Below the pieces are notes generated by a model. The model was not told where the DNA came from. It did no database searches and was given only the letters and a program-made list of their open reading frames with translations. Of a DNA stretch of 44,518 nucleotides, positions 19,140 through 29,100 are shown piece by piece (the stretch's first letter is position 1; every line of letters begins with the position of its first letter). This DNA is from Planctomycetota bacterium (GTDB lineage Bacteria; Planctomycetota; Planctomycetia; Pirellulales; UBA1268). Position numbers and translations under genes: made by a program. Where the stretch lies: contig JAQCJP010000002.1 in assembly GCA_027592945.1 (NCBI GenBank), positions 1-44,518 on the forward strand, read 5' to 3'.

Positions 19140-19385
19140 ATGTCGGTGCGACGCTGGGCCAAAGCGATCGAGCGGCGCGGGCTGCGGCCGCTCCGCGACC
19201 TCATTCGGCGGGCAGGCTGGGGCGGCAACGGCGGCCGGATCGCCCGCCTGGAGCGACGGGTCGAGGAGCTCGAAGGACTTGTCCGCGAACTGACCGGCCT
19301 GGCCTACCTGCGGCTCGACGCGGACTCCAGCCCGGCGGAAAGCCCGCAGCCTCGCGACCCTGCGGACACCCAGGAGGCAGCATGA
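19140..19385 (+). CDS. small hypothetical coiled-coil protein (81 aa)
   Basis: Third-codon positions are overwhelmingly G/C, matching the genome's coding bias. A heptad-like segment reads RIARLERRVEELEGLVRELTGLAYL. Its TGA stop (19383-19385) overlaps the ATG of the next gene (19382) as ATGA. Confidence 0.55.
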   Translation: MSVRRWAKAIERRGLRPLRDLIRRAGWGGNGGRIARLERRVEELEGLVRELTGLAYLRLDADSSPAESPQPRDPADTQEAA

Positions 19386-21805
19386 CCTCCCCCACGGTGC
19401 TCGTCGACCTGCGGGCCTGTCAGTTCAATGGCGACCGCGGGATTCCCGCCTACGCCCAGAGCCTCACCGCCGAACTGATCCGCCGGCCGACCGAAACCCG
19501 CTGGCTGCTCCTCCGGGATCCCCGCTGGCCGCTTCCCAGCCGGGCCGACGACCTGGAAGCCCATGCCCGCTGGTGCACCGTCACCGACCTCGCCGGACCG
19601 CATCCGCCACCGATCGATGCGGTGCTCACCGGCTGCTTCTTTCTTCCCCAGCGAGGCTGTGGGGCCGACTTTCTCCTGCCCGCCTGCCTCCGCCGGCAGC
19701 GGCCCCGCCGGCTGGGAATCGTCTACGACCTGGTGCCGCTGCTCTTCCCCGATCGCTACCTGGCCGCCGACCGAATCCGCCGGCAATACCTCGACTCCCT
19801 CTCCGCAATGCGGCAGAGCGACTGGCTCTTCGCCATCAGCCGGGCCAGCCGCCACGACGCCATTCGGCATGCCGCCGTCGATCCGGCCCGAATCGATTGC
19901 ATCTACGGCGACATCGACCACCGCAAGCGGATGCTGATGGAACGTCCCGCCGCGGTAACCGCCGGCCTGCCCGCCGCCCATGGCCTCACCGGCCGCTACT
20001 GCCTCTGCATCGGGGGTGACGACTGGCGGAAGAACCTGAAGACGACGGTGGCAGCCTTTGCCGACTTTCACGCCGCGCATCCCGATCGTCAGCTCGCCAT
20101 TGTCTGCACGCTCTCCGAGGAGCGGATCGCCGCCCTTCGGCAGGTGGCGGCGGCAGCGGGGCTGCCCCAGCGGGCCCTCGTCTGTACGGGATACGTCAGT
20201 GACGAGGTGCTTGTCGGCCTGATGCAGCACGCCGAGATGCTTGTCTATCCGTCGCTCTACGAGGGCCTCGGCCTCCCGGTGCTCGAAGCCCATGCCTGCG
20301 GCATTCCAGTGGTCGGCTCGGCCACGTCGAGCATCAAAGAACTTGTGCTGCCGGAACTCGGCTGTGATCCGACGCAGCCTGACTCGATCGCCACAGCGAT
20401 GACACGCCTGGCCGCCAGCCCGACCCTCCAGGCGAGGTCGCTGGCCCATGGCCGCCGGCTCCTGGCCGAGGAACTCGGCTGGGATCGGGCAGCCGACCGG
20501 ATTCTCGAGCGGCTGGCCCCGCGGTCTCCCGCCGCCACAAGGCCGCGGGCTTCGCAGCCCGGTCCTGCCCGTCACCGCCTGGCTGTTGTGGCCGCCCTGC
20601 CCCCCGCACGCACCGGGATCGCCGCCTACACGCTCGCCCACCTCCAGGGCAGGCGGTGGGAGACGGTGTTCTACGAGGCCGGCCCGGCTCTCCGGCCCGC
20701 CCCGCAGCCCGAGCTCCTCCCAGGCAACGCTGTGGTTCCGACCGAGGCCGCTTCGGCTGCCCTTCAGCGGGATCGCCACGACACGGCCATCTTCGTGCTC
20801 GGCAACTCCGCCCATCACGTGAACGTGCTCAACGCGCTGATGCGATCACGGGGAACTTTGCCGCGGCGGCTCGCCTACCTCCATGAGGCAGCACTTGACG
20901 GACTCTTCAAGGCTTGGCTGGGCGCGGAGGCCGCCCGGCTACCAGCTGCCGAGCAGTGCGAAACAACGGTGCCCTGGATCCGGGCTGCCCTGGATGCCAA
21001 GCCGGCGGTCGGCAGCTGCCTGCGGTTCCTCGCCGAGCGGGGTGAACTCGACGGGCTGATCGTCAACTCGGCCGCTTGCCGGGAACTGATCCGGGCTGCG
21101 GTGGGACCGTTGGCCGATCGCTGGACGATCGACCTGGCTTTCCTGCCGGTGGCCCGCTCGGCCGAACCGCCATGTCAGTCGCCACCGCTCGTCGCCACGC
21201 AACCGCTTCGGATCGGCAGCTTCGGGCTCGCCGGTGATTCCAAGCGGCTCGATCTGCTCGCCCGGGCGGCTGGCGTGCTGGCCCGCCGGCAGACGGTCGA
21301 GCTGGTAATCGCCGGCTGGGAGGCCCGTCGCTACTGCCGCCGGCTCCAGATTCCCGCGGCGGTCCGCCAGAACGTCATCGACGCCCCCGACGACGCCTCG
21401 CTGGCCGCCGCTATGCAGCGGGTTCACGTGGCGGTCCAGCTCCGCTCGCCCACCTTCGGTGAGTCGTCAGGAGCGGTCAGCCGTCTGCTGGGCCTCGGCA
21501 CCCCGCTGGTCGTCGCCGACGTGGGCAGTTTTCGTGAACTTCCCGCCGAACTGGCCATGCGAGTCGCAGCCGGCTGCACCGCCGACGATCTGGCCCTGGC
21601 GATCGAGACCGCCGCCCGCCGGCGGCCCGCCGCGGCCGCCCGGTCAACCATTCTGGCCGACTGGTCAGCCGAAGCATTTGAGGCCCGGCTCGCCGACATT
21701 CTCGAGCCGGCCACGCTACCGCTGCCGGCAGCCGTTCCCGAGTCACTTCGTCGCCCGCATCTCAGGCAGCACGCAGCAACTGCAGCTGCCGGCCGCGGAT
21801 CATGA
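19382..21805 (+). CDS. bifunctional glycosyltransferase with two tandem GT-B (GT4-like) modules
   Basis: The N-terminal module has VLVDLRACQFNGDRGIPAY and YPSLYEGLGLPVLEAHACGIPVVGS. The C-terminal module (from ~aa 400) has RLAVVAALPPARTGIAAYT and SPTFGESSGAVSRLLGLGTPLVVADVGSF. Confidence 0.85.
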   Translation: MTSPTVLVDLRACQFNGDRGIPAYAQSLTAELIRRPTETRWLLLRDPRWPLPSRADDLEAHARWCTVTDLAGPHPPPIDAVLTGCFFLPQRGCGADFLLPACLRRQRPRRLGIVYDLVPLLFPDRYLAADRIRRQYLDSLSAMRQSDWLFAISRASRHDAIRHAAVDPARIDCIYGDIDHRKRMLMERPAAVTAGLPAAHGLTGRYCLCIGGDDWRKNLKTTVAAFADFHAAHPDRQLAIVCTLSEERIAALRQVAAAAGLPQRALVCTGYVSDEVLVGLMQHAEMLVYPSLYEGLGLPVLEAHACGIPVVGSATSSIKELVLPELGCDPTQPDSIATAMTRLAASPTLQARSLAHGRRLLAEELGWDRAADRILERLAPRSPAATRPRASQPGPARHRLAVVAALPPARTGIAAYTLAHLQGRRWETVFYEAGPALRPAPQPELLPGNAVVPTEAASAALQRDRHDTAIFVLGNSAHHVNVLNALMRSRGTLPRRLAYLHEAALDGLFKAWLGAEAARLPAAEQCETTVPWIRAALDAKPAVGSCLRFLAERGELDGLIVNSAACRELIRAAVGPLADRWTIDLAFLPVARSAEPPCQSPPLVATQPLRIGSFGLAGDSKRLDLLARAAGVLARRQTVELVIAGWEARRYCRRLQIPAAVRQNVIDAPDDASLAAAMQRVHVAVQLRSPTFGESSGAVSRLLGLGTPLVVADVGSFRELPAELAMRVAAGCTADDLALAIETAARRRPAAAARSTILADWSAEAFEARLADILEPATLPLPAAVPESLRRPHLRQHAATAAAGRGS

Positions 21806-22484
21806 TCCGCGTCGCCTCTTCGTAATACCAGCGGAAGTAGGAGCGGACCTCGAAGACGAGGCCACCGGCCTCGGCGAGGTAGCCGCCCACATCCCGCCGC
21901 CTCGGCGCCGCGTTGAGGCAGCCAAGACCGGCCGCGGCCTCGATTCCGAACTCGGCGCAGACCGTCTCGAGCGCCGGCTCGAGCGACTGGAAGTCGAGCA
22001 GCCGCGTCCCGGCCCAGGCGGGCCCGCCCACGTCGAAGTGGGTGTGGTAGTTGACCAGTTGCCGCTCGCCGACGGCCAGTTCCAAAAACTGCCGGAAGGT
22101 GCCGGTCCGCGCCGTTCTGATCAGCCCGACGGCCGGTTCCTCGCGGAAGTCGTACCGCCGCCAGTATTCGTAGAGCGAGACGAGCATCTCGAAGGGCTCG
22201 CGAACGACCCCGATGATCCGCACGTCGCACGGCTCGCTGCGAGCGGTCATTCCCGGCACGATCCTCCGCAAGACCCGCAGGCATTCGCGGGTCAGACGCG
22301 GACGCTGGATCGGCTTCGCGACCAGGCCGAGAAGTTCCAGTGATGCCCGAACCGGGACATGGGGATTGTCCGGATCGACATGGGCCGCCTCGGGAAAAAC
22401 CCGCTGGAACCACTCGGTCATCGAGCAGCCGGCCGTCTTCGGGTAATGCGCGAAGGCGACGCGTGCGGCCGGGCTGTAGAGCAT
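21762..22484 (-). CDS. sulfotransferase-family protein
   Basis: FAHYPKTAGCSMTEWF (PAPS 5'-phosphosulfate-binding loop type PKTxGxS) and VVREPFEMLVSLYEYW (R-x-P-x-x-x-x-x-S 3'-phosphate motif type). The start is taken at MLYSPAARV (ATG 22484-22482). The 3' end overlaps the convergent GT gene by 44 nt. Confidence 0.75.
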   Translation of the reverse strand: MLYSPAARVAFAHYPKTAGCSMTEWFQRVFPEAAHVDPDNPHVPVRASLELLGLVAKPIQRPRLTRECLRVLRRIVPGMTARSEPCDVRIIGVVREPFEMLVSLYEYWRRYDFREEPAVGLIRTARTGTFRQFLELAVGERQLVNYHTHFDVGGPAWAGTRLLDFQSLEPALETVCAEFGIEAAAGLGCLNAAPRRRDVGGYLAEAGGLVFEVRSYFRWYYEEATRIMIRGRQLQLLRAA

Positions 22485-22788
22485 CCTGGGCCTATCCTTG
22501 CGGGCCGAGAAGGGGCACGGCGGCACGGACCCACCCGCATCCGCCTGAACAGAGCAATCGGGCGTCCCGCCCTGGTGACTTTGATGATTCTTCCGGCTCT
22601 CGGGGTCAAGGCCGGCAGCCGACTCCGGCCGCAGCCCCGTCCCTCCTCTCCCCAGGTTTTCCAGGCTGCCCAGAGGACCGTGACTCCCGGCGGGCCCGCC
22701 CGGCCTCCCTGACCACTCTTGTCAGGGGAGTGGTGATACAACGAGCGGGCTGGAAGCTGCTTTGTTTCTTCGTTGAGCCGCCCGCCCG

Positions 22789-25700
22789 ATGTCGCTCCGC
22801 GTCCACCTCGTCCGTTGCCTCGCCGACGTGCTGCCGGCGGTCGTGCGGTTTCTGTCACGGCCGGGCGATCCGTTTCTGCGGCAGCGAATCGTCGTGCCAC
22901 ACGCCGGTGCCCGGGCCTGGCTCGAGGCGATGCTCGCGGAATGCCTCGGAGCAAGCGGCGCCGGCCGGGGCGACGGCATCGTTGCCAACGTCGATTTCCT
23001 GTTTCCCGGATCGATTCCTCTGCTGGCCCAACAGCCCGTTGTTGGACCGGATCCCTGGAGCGTCGACCGGCTCACCTTCGCCGTGCTCGAAGCGCTTGCT
23101 GGAGACCTCACGGCCGGCCTGCCGATCGACCATGCACATCATCCGTTGCTGGCAGCCCGCCGGCTGGCGATCCGGTTCGACGAATATCACGTCCGCCGGC
23201 CACTGATGATCCGCCAGTGGGATCGCAGCCCACCAAATCCGGTGCTGAGCCCCACCACCTCCGACGAGGTTCACGACGGCGAGCCGGTGCCCGACAAACT
23301 CCCTGCGGCCGACCGCTGGCAGTTCGATCTCTGGCAAATCATCAGGCAGGCGATCGGCGAGCCGCCGCCACCGAGCCGGCTCACGGCGGCGCATCAGGCA
23401 CACCGCGGGCCGCTGCTGGTGGCGGGTGTCGAGTCGCTCTCGTTCTTCCAACTCGAATGCCTGCGGACCCTGGGAGAGGTCTGCGACGTCGAGGTCTTGC
23501 TCGTGCATCCGTCGCCCGGGCTCGAACGGAGACTCGAGCCGACGCTTCCCGAACCGACGCCCGGCATTGCTCGCCGCCGCGAGGAGCCGGAACTCCTCGA
23601 CGGGGTCGATCCCTTGGTGGGAACCTGGCTGGCAGGCATCCAGAACCAGCAGATCCTGCTGGCATCGCAAGGGGTGGCGGTCATGGGCGGGGCTCGTGCC
23701 CCGGGCCCCCTGCCCGCTACGCTGCTCGGCCGGATGCAGGCGACCGTCGCCACCGGGAGCCCGCCGCAGCCAGCCGCCCACACCCTCGCGACCGATCCCT
23801 CCTTCTCGATCCATCGCTGCCACAATCTTGCCCGTCAAGCGGAGGTGATCCACGAGGCACTGCTCCACTGCTTCGCCGATCTCCCCGACCTCGAGCCCCA
23901 CGAGGTGGCGATCGTGAGCCCCTGCATCGAGCAGGCCGCCCCGCACCTGACCGCCACCTTTGGTCGTACGCTGGTCGGGCGGCCGGCCGCCGCCGGCATC
24001 GCGGCCGAGGTCTCCCTGCCGCTGCGGATTGCCGACCGCGGCATCCGGGAGGTCAGTCCGGGAGCCGAGTTGCTGGCAGCCCTGCTCGCACTGCCCGGGT
24101 CGCGGTGCGGCATCGATGAGGTGCTGGCGGTCGCCGGCCATCCTCTTGTCCGGGCCCAGTTCGGCATCGATGACGAGACGGCCGCCACCTGGACCGATCT
24201 CGTCGAGCGGAGCGAGGTTCGCTGGGGGCTCGATGCCGCCCATCGCAGCCGCCGCGGCATGGACGGCATTCCGGAAATCCATACCTGGAAACGGGGCCTG
24301 GAGCGAATGCTCCTGGGAGCGGCCCTTCCCGACGCCCCGCCGCGGGCCGAACTCGGCGGAGTCGTGCCGCTGGCCGACGTCGATACCGCAGACATCCCCG
24401 CCATCACGTCGCTGGTGCGAATTCTAGCGGTGATCCAGCGACTCGAATCCAGCACCGCCATGCGACAGCCGGCCGCCGGCTGGTGCGCCGCGATCGAGGC
24501 GGTGCTGGCCGACCTCTGCGGCCGGGAATGCGGCGACCTGGTCGAGCCCCTCGCCTGCCTGAGGCGGCTTCGTGAGGCGGCGACTGGCACCGCTGCCGAG
24601 CAGACACCCGTTCCCTTCGACGACGTCCGCGAACTCATCACCGGCTGGCTCAATGACAAGGCGGGCCGTCAGCCGCTGCGGACCGGAGCGATCACCGCCT
24701 CCTCCATGCTCCCGCTCCGTGGCGTGCCCTTTCGCGTGATTTGCGTCGTCGGCTACGACGACGGCGCCGTCGGCGGATCGGAGGCCGAGGGCGACGATCT
24801 CGTCGCCCGCCAGCAACTCGTCGGTGATGTCGACCCGCGAATCGACGAACGGCGGGCCCTGCTTGACTGCCTGCTGGCCGCCTCCGACCGGCTGCTGATC
24901 ACCTGCACAGGCCAGAACATTAAGACCAACGAGCCGGTGCCACTGGTCACGCCGCTCGCCGAACTGGCCGACTTCGCCCTTCGGCATTGCGGGGGCGAGC
25001 CCGCCGGCCCCGAGCCGGCTGTCGAGATTTCACATCCCCGCCATCAGCTCAGCCGCCGGAACTTTCTGCCCGACGCGGTGCAGCCGGGGATCGTTTGGAG
25101 CCACGATCCAACCGCCCTGGACGTGTCGGCCCGCATCGGCCAGGAGGCCGCGCCACGAACTGCCGCCGCAGCCCCGATCCCGCCGACGCCGGTGGTGGCC
25201 CTCGAACTGCTCGAACGGCTGGCGGGCGATCCGCTGAAACTCCACCTCGAAGAAACCCTCGGCATCGACACCTGGCGAGCCGATGAGGCTGAGACGCCGG
25301 CCACCTTCCCGCTGGCCTTCTCATCCCGCGAGGTTCGCCGAGCCACCGAAGAGCTGCTCGGGCTGCTCGTGGCGGATCCCGCCGGGGAGACGGCCTGGCT
25401 TGAAGCGCTCGATGCCAGCGGCCGGCTGCCGATCGGCCCCCACGGCGAGGCCCAGCGAGACGAGATCGTCAGCCTGGCTCGCGGCATCGTGGCGATCGGC
25501 GGAGCCAAGGGTGTGCCGCTGGCGGGCTTCGTGTCGCGGGAGCTGCGAGTGGACATCGGCGGGGGCCGGGTGGCCGGTCACCTCGTGGGCGTGCACGAGC
25601 CGTCGCGGCGACTCGTCCAGGTGACCACCGGCAACGCCGAACGCGACACCTGGGGCCGGCCGCTCCATGTCGCTGCGGTCCGGCTGGTGGCGGCACGGGC

Positions 25701-26136
25701 GGCGGGACTCGATGTCGAAACGGTGTCGATCATCGCCCGCAACAAATCCTGGTCGCCCGGCAAGACGACTCCTGGCGGCAAGCCGATCAATCCCTGCCAG
25801 CTCCGCACGATCCTTGTCGACGACGATGTCGACTGCCGGCAGCGGCTTGCGGCGCTGGTCGACCTCGCCCGCGAAGCCCTCGCTGAGCCACGTGGCGTCT
25901 TCGGGCTGGGCGAGACGCCTGCGGCGAAGCGGCGGGAGAAGTTTGAGGCGGTGGTCCGCGGCGGCCCCTGGGGCCGCGACTTCGCCCGCTCGAGCGAGGC
26001 GTTCGTCTACGGTCTCAAGCCCGTTTATGAGGAGGTCTTCCCGCCAGGTTCGCCGACTCTCGATTTCCTCGATCGATACGCGGCCTGCCTCACGCTCACC
26101 GGCAGATCCGGCTCATCGGAGTATCGCCTCACATGA
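22789..26136 (+). CDS. recC: exodeoxyribonuclease V gamma subunit
   Basis: 1115 aa, the RecC size class. The N-terminus MSLRVHLVRCLADVL...DPFLRQRIVVPHAGARAWLEAML...NVDFLFPGS parallels the E. coli RecC N-terminus. Its stop overlaps the recB ATG (ATGA at 26133-26136). Confidence 0.9.
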   Translation: MSLRVHLVRCLADVLPAVVRFLSRPGDPFLRQRIVVPHAGARAWLEAMLAECLGASGAGRGDGIVANVDFLFPGSIPLLAQQPVVGPDPWSVDRLTFAVLEALAGDLTAGLPIDHAHHPLLAARRLAIRFDEYHVRRPLMIRQWDRSPPNPVLSPTTSDEVHDGEPVPDKLPAADRWQFDLWQIIRQAIGEPPPPSRLTAAHQAHRGPLLVAGVESLSFFQLECLRTLGEVCDVEVLLVHPSPGLERRLEPTLPEPTPGIARRREEPELLDGVDPLVGTWLAGIQNQQILLASQGVAVMGGARAPGPLPATLLGRMQATVATGSPPQPAAHTLATDPSFSIHRCHNLARQAEVIHEALLHCFADLPDLEPHEVAIVSPCIEQAAPHLTATFGRTLVGRPAAAGIAAEVSLPLRIADRGIREVSPGAELLAALLALPGSRCGIDEVLAVAGHPLVRAQFGIDDETAATWTDLVERSEVRWGLDAAHRSRRGMDGIPEIHTWKRGLERMLLGAALPDAPPRAELGGVVPLADVDTADIPAITSLVRILAVIQRLESSTAMRQPAAGWCAAIEAVLADLCGRECGDLVEPLACLRRLREAATGTAAEQTPVPFDDVRELITGWLNDKAGRQPLRTGAITASSMLPLRGVPFRVICVVGYDDGAVGGSEAEGDDLVARQQLVGDVDPRIDERRALLDCLLAASDRLLITCTGQNIKTNEPVPLVTPLAELADFALRHCGGEPAGPEPAVEISHPRHQLSRRNFLPDAVQPGIVWSHDPTALDVSARIGQEAAPRTAAAAPIPPTPVVALELLERLAGDPLKLHLEETLGIDTWRADEAETPATFPLAFSSREVRRATEELLGLLVADPAGETAWLEALDASGRLPIGPHGEAQRDEIVSLARGIVAIGGAKGVPLAGFVSRELRVDIGGGRVAGHLVGVHEPSRRLVQVTTGNAERDTWGRPLHVAAVRLVAARAAGLDVETVSIIARNKSWSPGKTTPGGKPINPCQLRTILVDDDVDCRQRLAALVDLAREALAEPRGVFGLGETPAAKRREKFEAVVRGGPWGRDFARSSEAFVYGLKPVYEEVFPPGSPTLDFLDRYAACLTLTGRSGSSEYRLT

Positions 26137-29100
26137 CCCATCCAATCGCCAGCCCGCCGGCATTCGATCTCACCGAGTATCCGCTTCCTTCCGGCACGGT
26201 CGTGGAGGCGAGCGCCGGCACCGGCAAGACCTACTCGGTGGCGGCCTACGTCACGCTCGCCCTGGCCACGGACGAAAGCCTCAGGATCGGGATGGTCCTT
26301 GTCACGACCTACACCCGCAACGCCGCTGCCGAACTTCGCGACCGGATTCGCGGGCGACTCGTGGCGACCGCCCGGCTGCTCCGCCTCGACGCCGCCGAGC
26401 CCCGTGACGAACTCGATGTCGCCCTCCTCCAAGCCGCCAGCGCAGACCGACTCGCAATGGCCCGTCGTCTCGAACGGGCCATCGCCGAGTTCGACACGGC
26501 GACGATCGGCACCATCCATTCGATCTGCAGCCGCGTCCTGCGGATGGCGGGAATCGACCCGGGCGATGCCGGCGACGACGATCGTCTTGGGCGGACGGTG
26601 GGCGAGGCCGTCAACGACGCCGTTGTCAGCGAGGCGGCCGCGGGCCGCAGCTGGGATGAGTCCCGCCTCGTGGCGGTCGTCACCGCGGGCCTTCGCGATC
26701 CCTTCATCGTGCCCTGGTTTGACCCGACCGGCCGGCCGGCCGAGGAAACGGATCGTCTGGAGCAGGCGGTGGCAATCGTGGAATCCTGTGGAACGCGAGT
26801 GCGGGAGGCGATGCAGGCCACGCCGAGCTTTGACGACCTTTTGCGAATGGCCTGGGAAGAGGTCCGCCGGCCGGAGCGGACGGCGCTCCTGGCAGAACTT
26901 CGCCGCCGGTTCCGGCTGGCGATCGTCGATGAGGCCCAAGACACGAGCCGGCTGCAGTGGGAGTTTTTCCATGAACTCTTTCCCACGGCAGGCCCCGAGG
27001 CCGGTGATGACGGGCGGCGGCTGCTCGCGGTCGGTGATCCCAAGCAGGCGATCTACGGTTTTCGGGGAGCCGACATCAACGCCTACCTGCGGTTTGCCGA
27101 GGGGGAAGCAGGCGGCCGTCCCCGTCGCACGCTCGCGAAAAACTTTCGCTCCGACGGCCCGCTCCTCGACGCCCTCAACGAGGCCTTGGCGGGAGCGTCG
27201 TTCGGCTCGGGCATCAGCTATCAGCCGGTCACGGCCGCCGAGCACCGGGGTGTGTCGCGGCTGGTCGATCTGCCGCCGGTCGAGCTCGTCGACCGGGGCG
27301 ATGGCTGGGCCACCGACCTGGCCGTCCGGAAGGTCTTCGAGCTGCTCGATCAGGGACGATTCACGGGCGGCGAGGCCGGGCCGGCAGTGCTGCCGATCAA
27401 GCCACGCGACATCTGCGTGCTCGTTCGCGTCAACGCGATCGGCAAGGCGATCGAGGAGCGGCTTGCGCGGGTGGGCATCCCGGCGGTGAGCACCGGCACG
27501 GCCAGCGTGATGCGAGGGCAGGCCGCCGATGATCTGCGGGTGCTCTTCGAGGCGATGGAGCGACCTGGCAGCGGCAGCCGCGTCAGGCGGGCGGCGGCGA
27601 CGGTCTTCTTCGGCTACCCGCTTACCGCCGTTGGCCGGCTCGGCGAGGAAGCGGAGCAGGCGGTGCAGGAACAGATCGCGGCGCTCCACGCAACGCTCCA
27701 GGCGCGGGGCATCGCGGCGGTGCGGGCCGCGATCATGAGCGACGTCTCGATGGCCGGGCGGCTGGCCGCCGGCCCCGACGGCGAACGGCACATCGTCGAT
27801 CTGGCCCACCTCGTGGAGTTGCTGCACGACGCCACCGGCGGCCGCGGCTGCCACGCCCGCCTGATGCTCGAGCGGATAGCCGAGTTGGCCCGCCGCGATG
27901 AAAAGTCGGACCTCGTCAGCAGGCGGGTCGAGAGCGACGAAGATGCCGTGCGAATCATGTCGGTGCATGTCGCCAAGGGGCTGGAGTTTCCCTGTGTCGT
28001 GGTCGTCGACGACTGGAACGAGAAGGAGCGGACTCCCCCGGGGCCGGCCGTCTTCTATGCCGGCGGAGAACGGCGGCTCGACGTGGCCTACGCCCTCTCA
28101 GGGACCGGTTCGAAGCCTGCCAGCGACTCCGTCCTGGCGGCTGCCAATGAGGAACTCCGCCGGCTGCTCTACGTCGCCCTGACGCGGCCGCGGCATCACC
28201 TCTGCGTGATCTGCCAGGCCGATGGCAGCAGCGGCATACTCGATGCGGTGGTGACCAGCCCGCCGCCCGCTCGTGCCGCCGCCGATCTGCCCCGACTGCC
28301 CCGGCAGTGGCGGCCGAGCGACGCAGGGGGATCGCCCGACCAGCCCACGGTCGCCCCGCTGCCCGCTGAGGTGCAGCAGACGTATCGCCGCACCTCGTTC
28401 AGCGGCATCGTGGCCGCTGCTGCTCGCGGCCAGGCAAGCGACCATGCTCCCCCCGGCCGTGGCCACGACGAACTCGCGGGCGAACGCGGCGACGCAGCAG
28501 CCGCACCGGCTTCCGCTCGGGGAGGCCCGCCGCCTGCGGCCGCGACCGGGGCGGCTTCCTCCGCGGAACTCGCTTCGTTCTCGATCCCCGACCTGCCGGC
28601 CGGGACGGCCTTTGGCTCGGCCGTCCACGAGATCTTCGAACGGCTCGCGGTCGCCCCCGGGGGTGACACGGCCGGCAGCGCGGCCACTGTGACGAGCATC
28701 GTGGCAGACGTCGCCACCTCCGCACTTCTCCGGCCGCATCACGAGCCGCTGGCGACGATGATTGCCGCGACTCTGGAAACGCCCTTCGGCGGGCCGGCCG
28801 CCGCCAGCTTCCGCGATCACTGCTTCGCCGACTTCTCCCCGGCGGATCGGCTTGCCGAACTCGACTTCGAGATGGGCCTGGCCGGTCTTGCCGCCGGTGT
28901 GAAAGCCAGCCACGTGGGCCGGCTGCTCGCCGCCAGCCTTCCGCCTGACGACCTGCTGGCCGACTATGCACGCGTGCTGGCCGGGGCCGCCTTCGACATC
29001 CCGCTGGCCGGTCTGATCAACGGCTCGATCGACGCCGTGCTTCGCCTGCCCGGGCGGCCGGCAGACGATCCACGACTCCTGATCGCCGACTACAAGACCA

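Noticed and set aside
19304-20818. 504-aa minus-strand ORF
   Set aside because: It is antisense to the two-module glycosyltransferase, so it is a shadow ORF.
22773-24282. 448-aa plus-strand (alternative frame) and 475-aa minus-strand ORFs over the 5' half of recC
   Set aside because: The RecC frame carries the family-typical N-terminus and runs uninterrupted for 1115 codons. The others are Arg/Pro-rich shadow frames.
26025-27968. 647-aa minus-strand ORF
   Set aside because: It is entirely antisense to recB, whose helicase motifs are unambiguous. It is an Arg/Pro/Gly-rich artefact.
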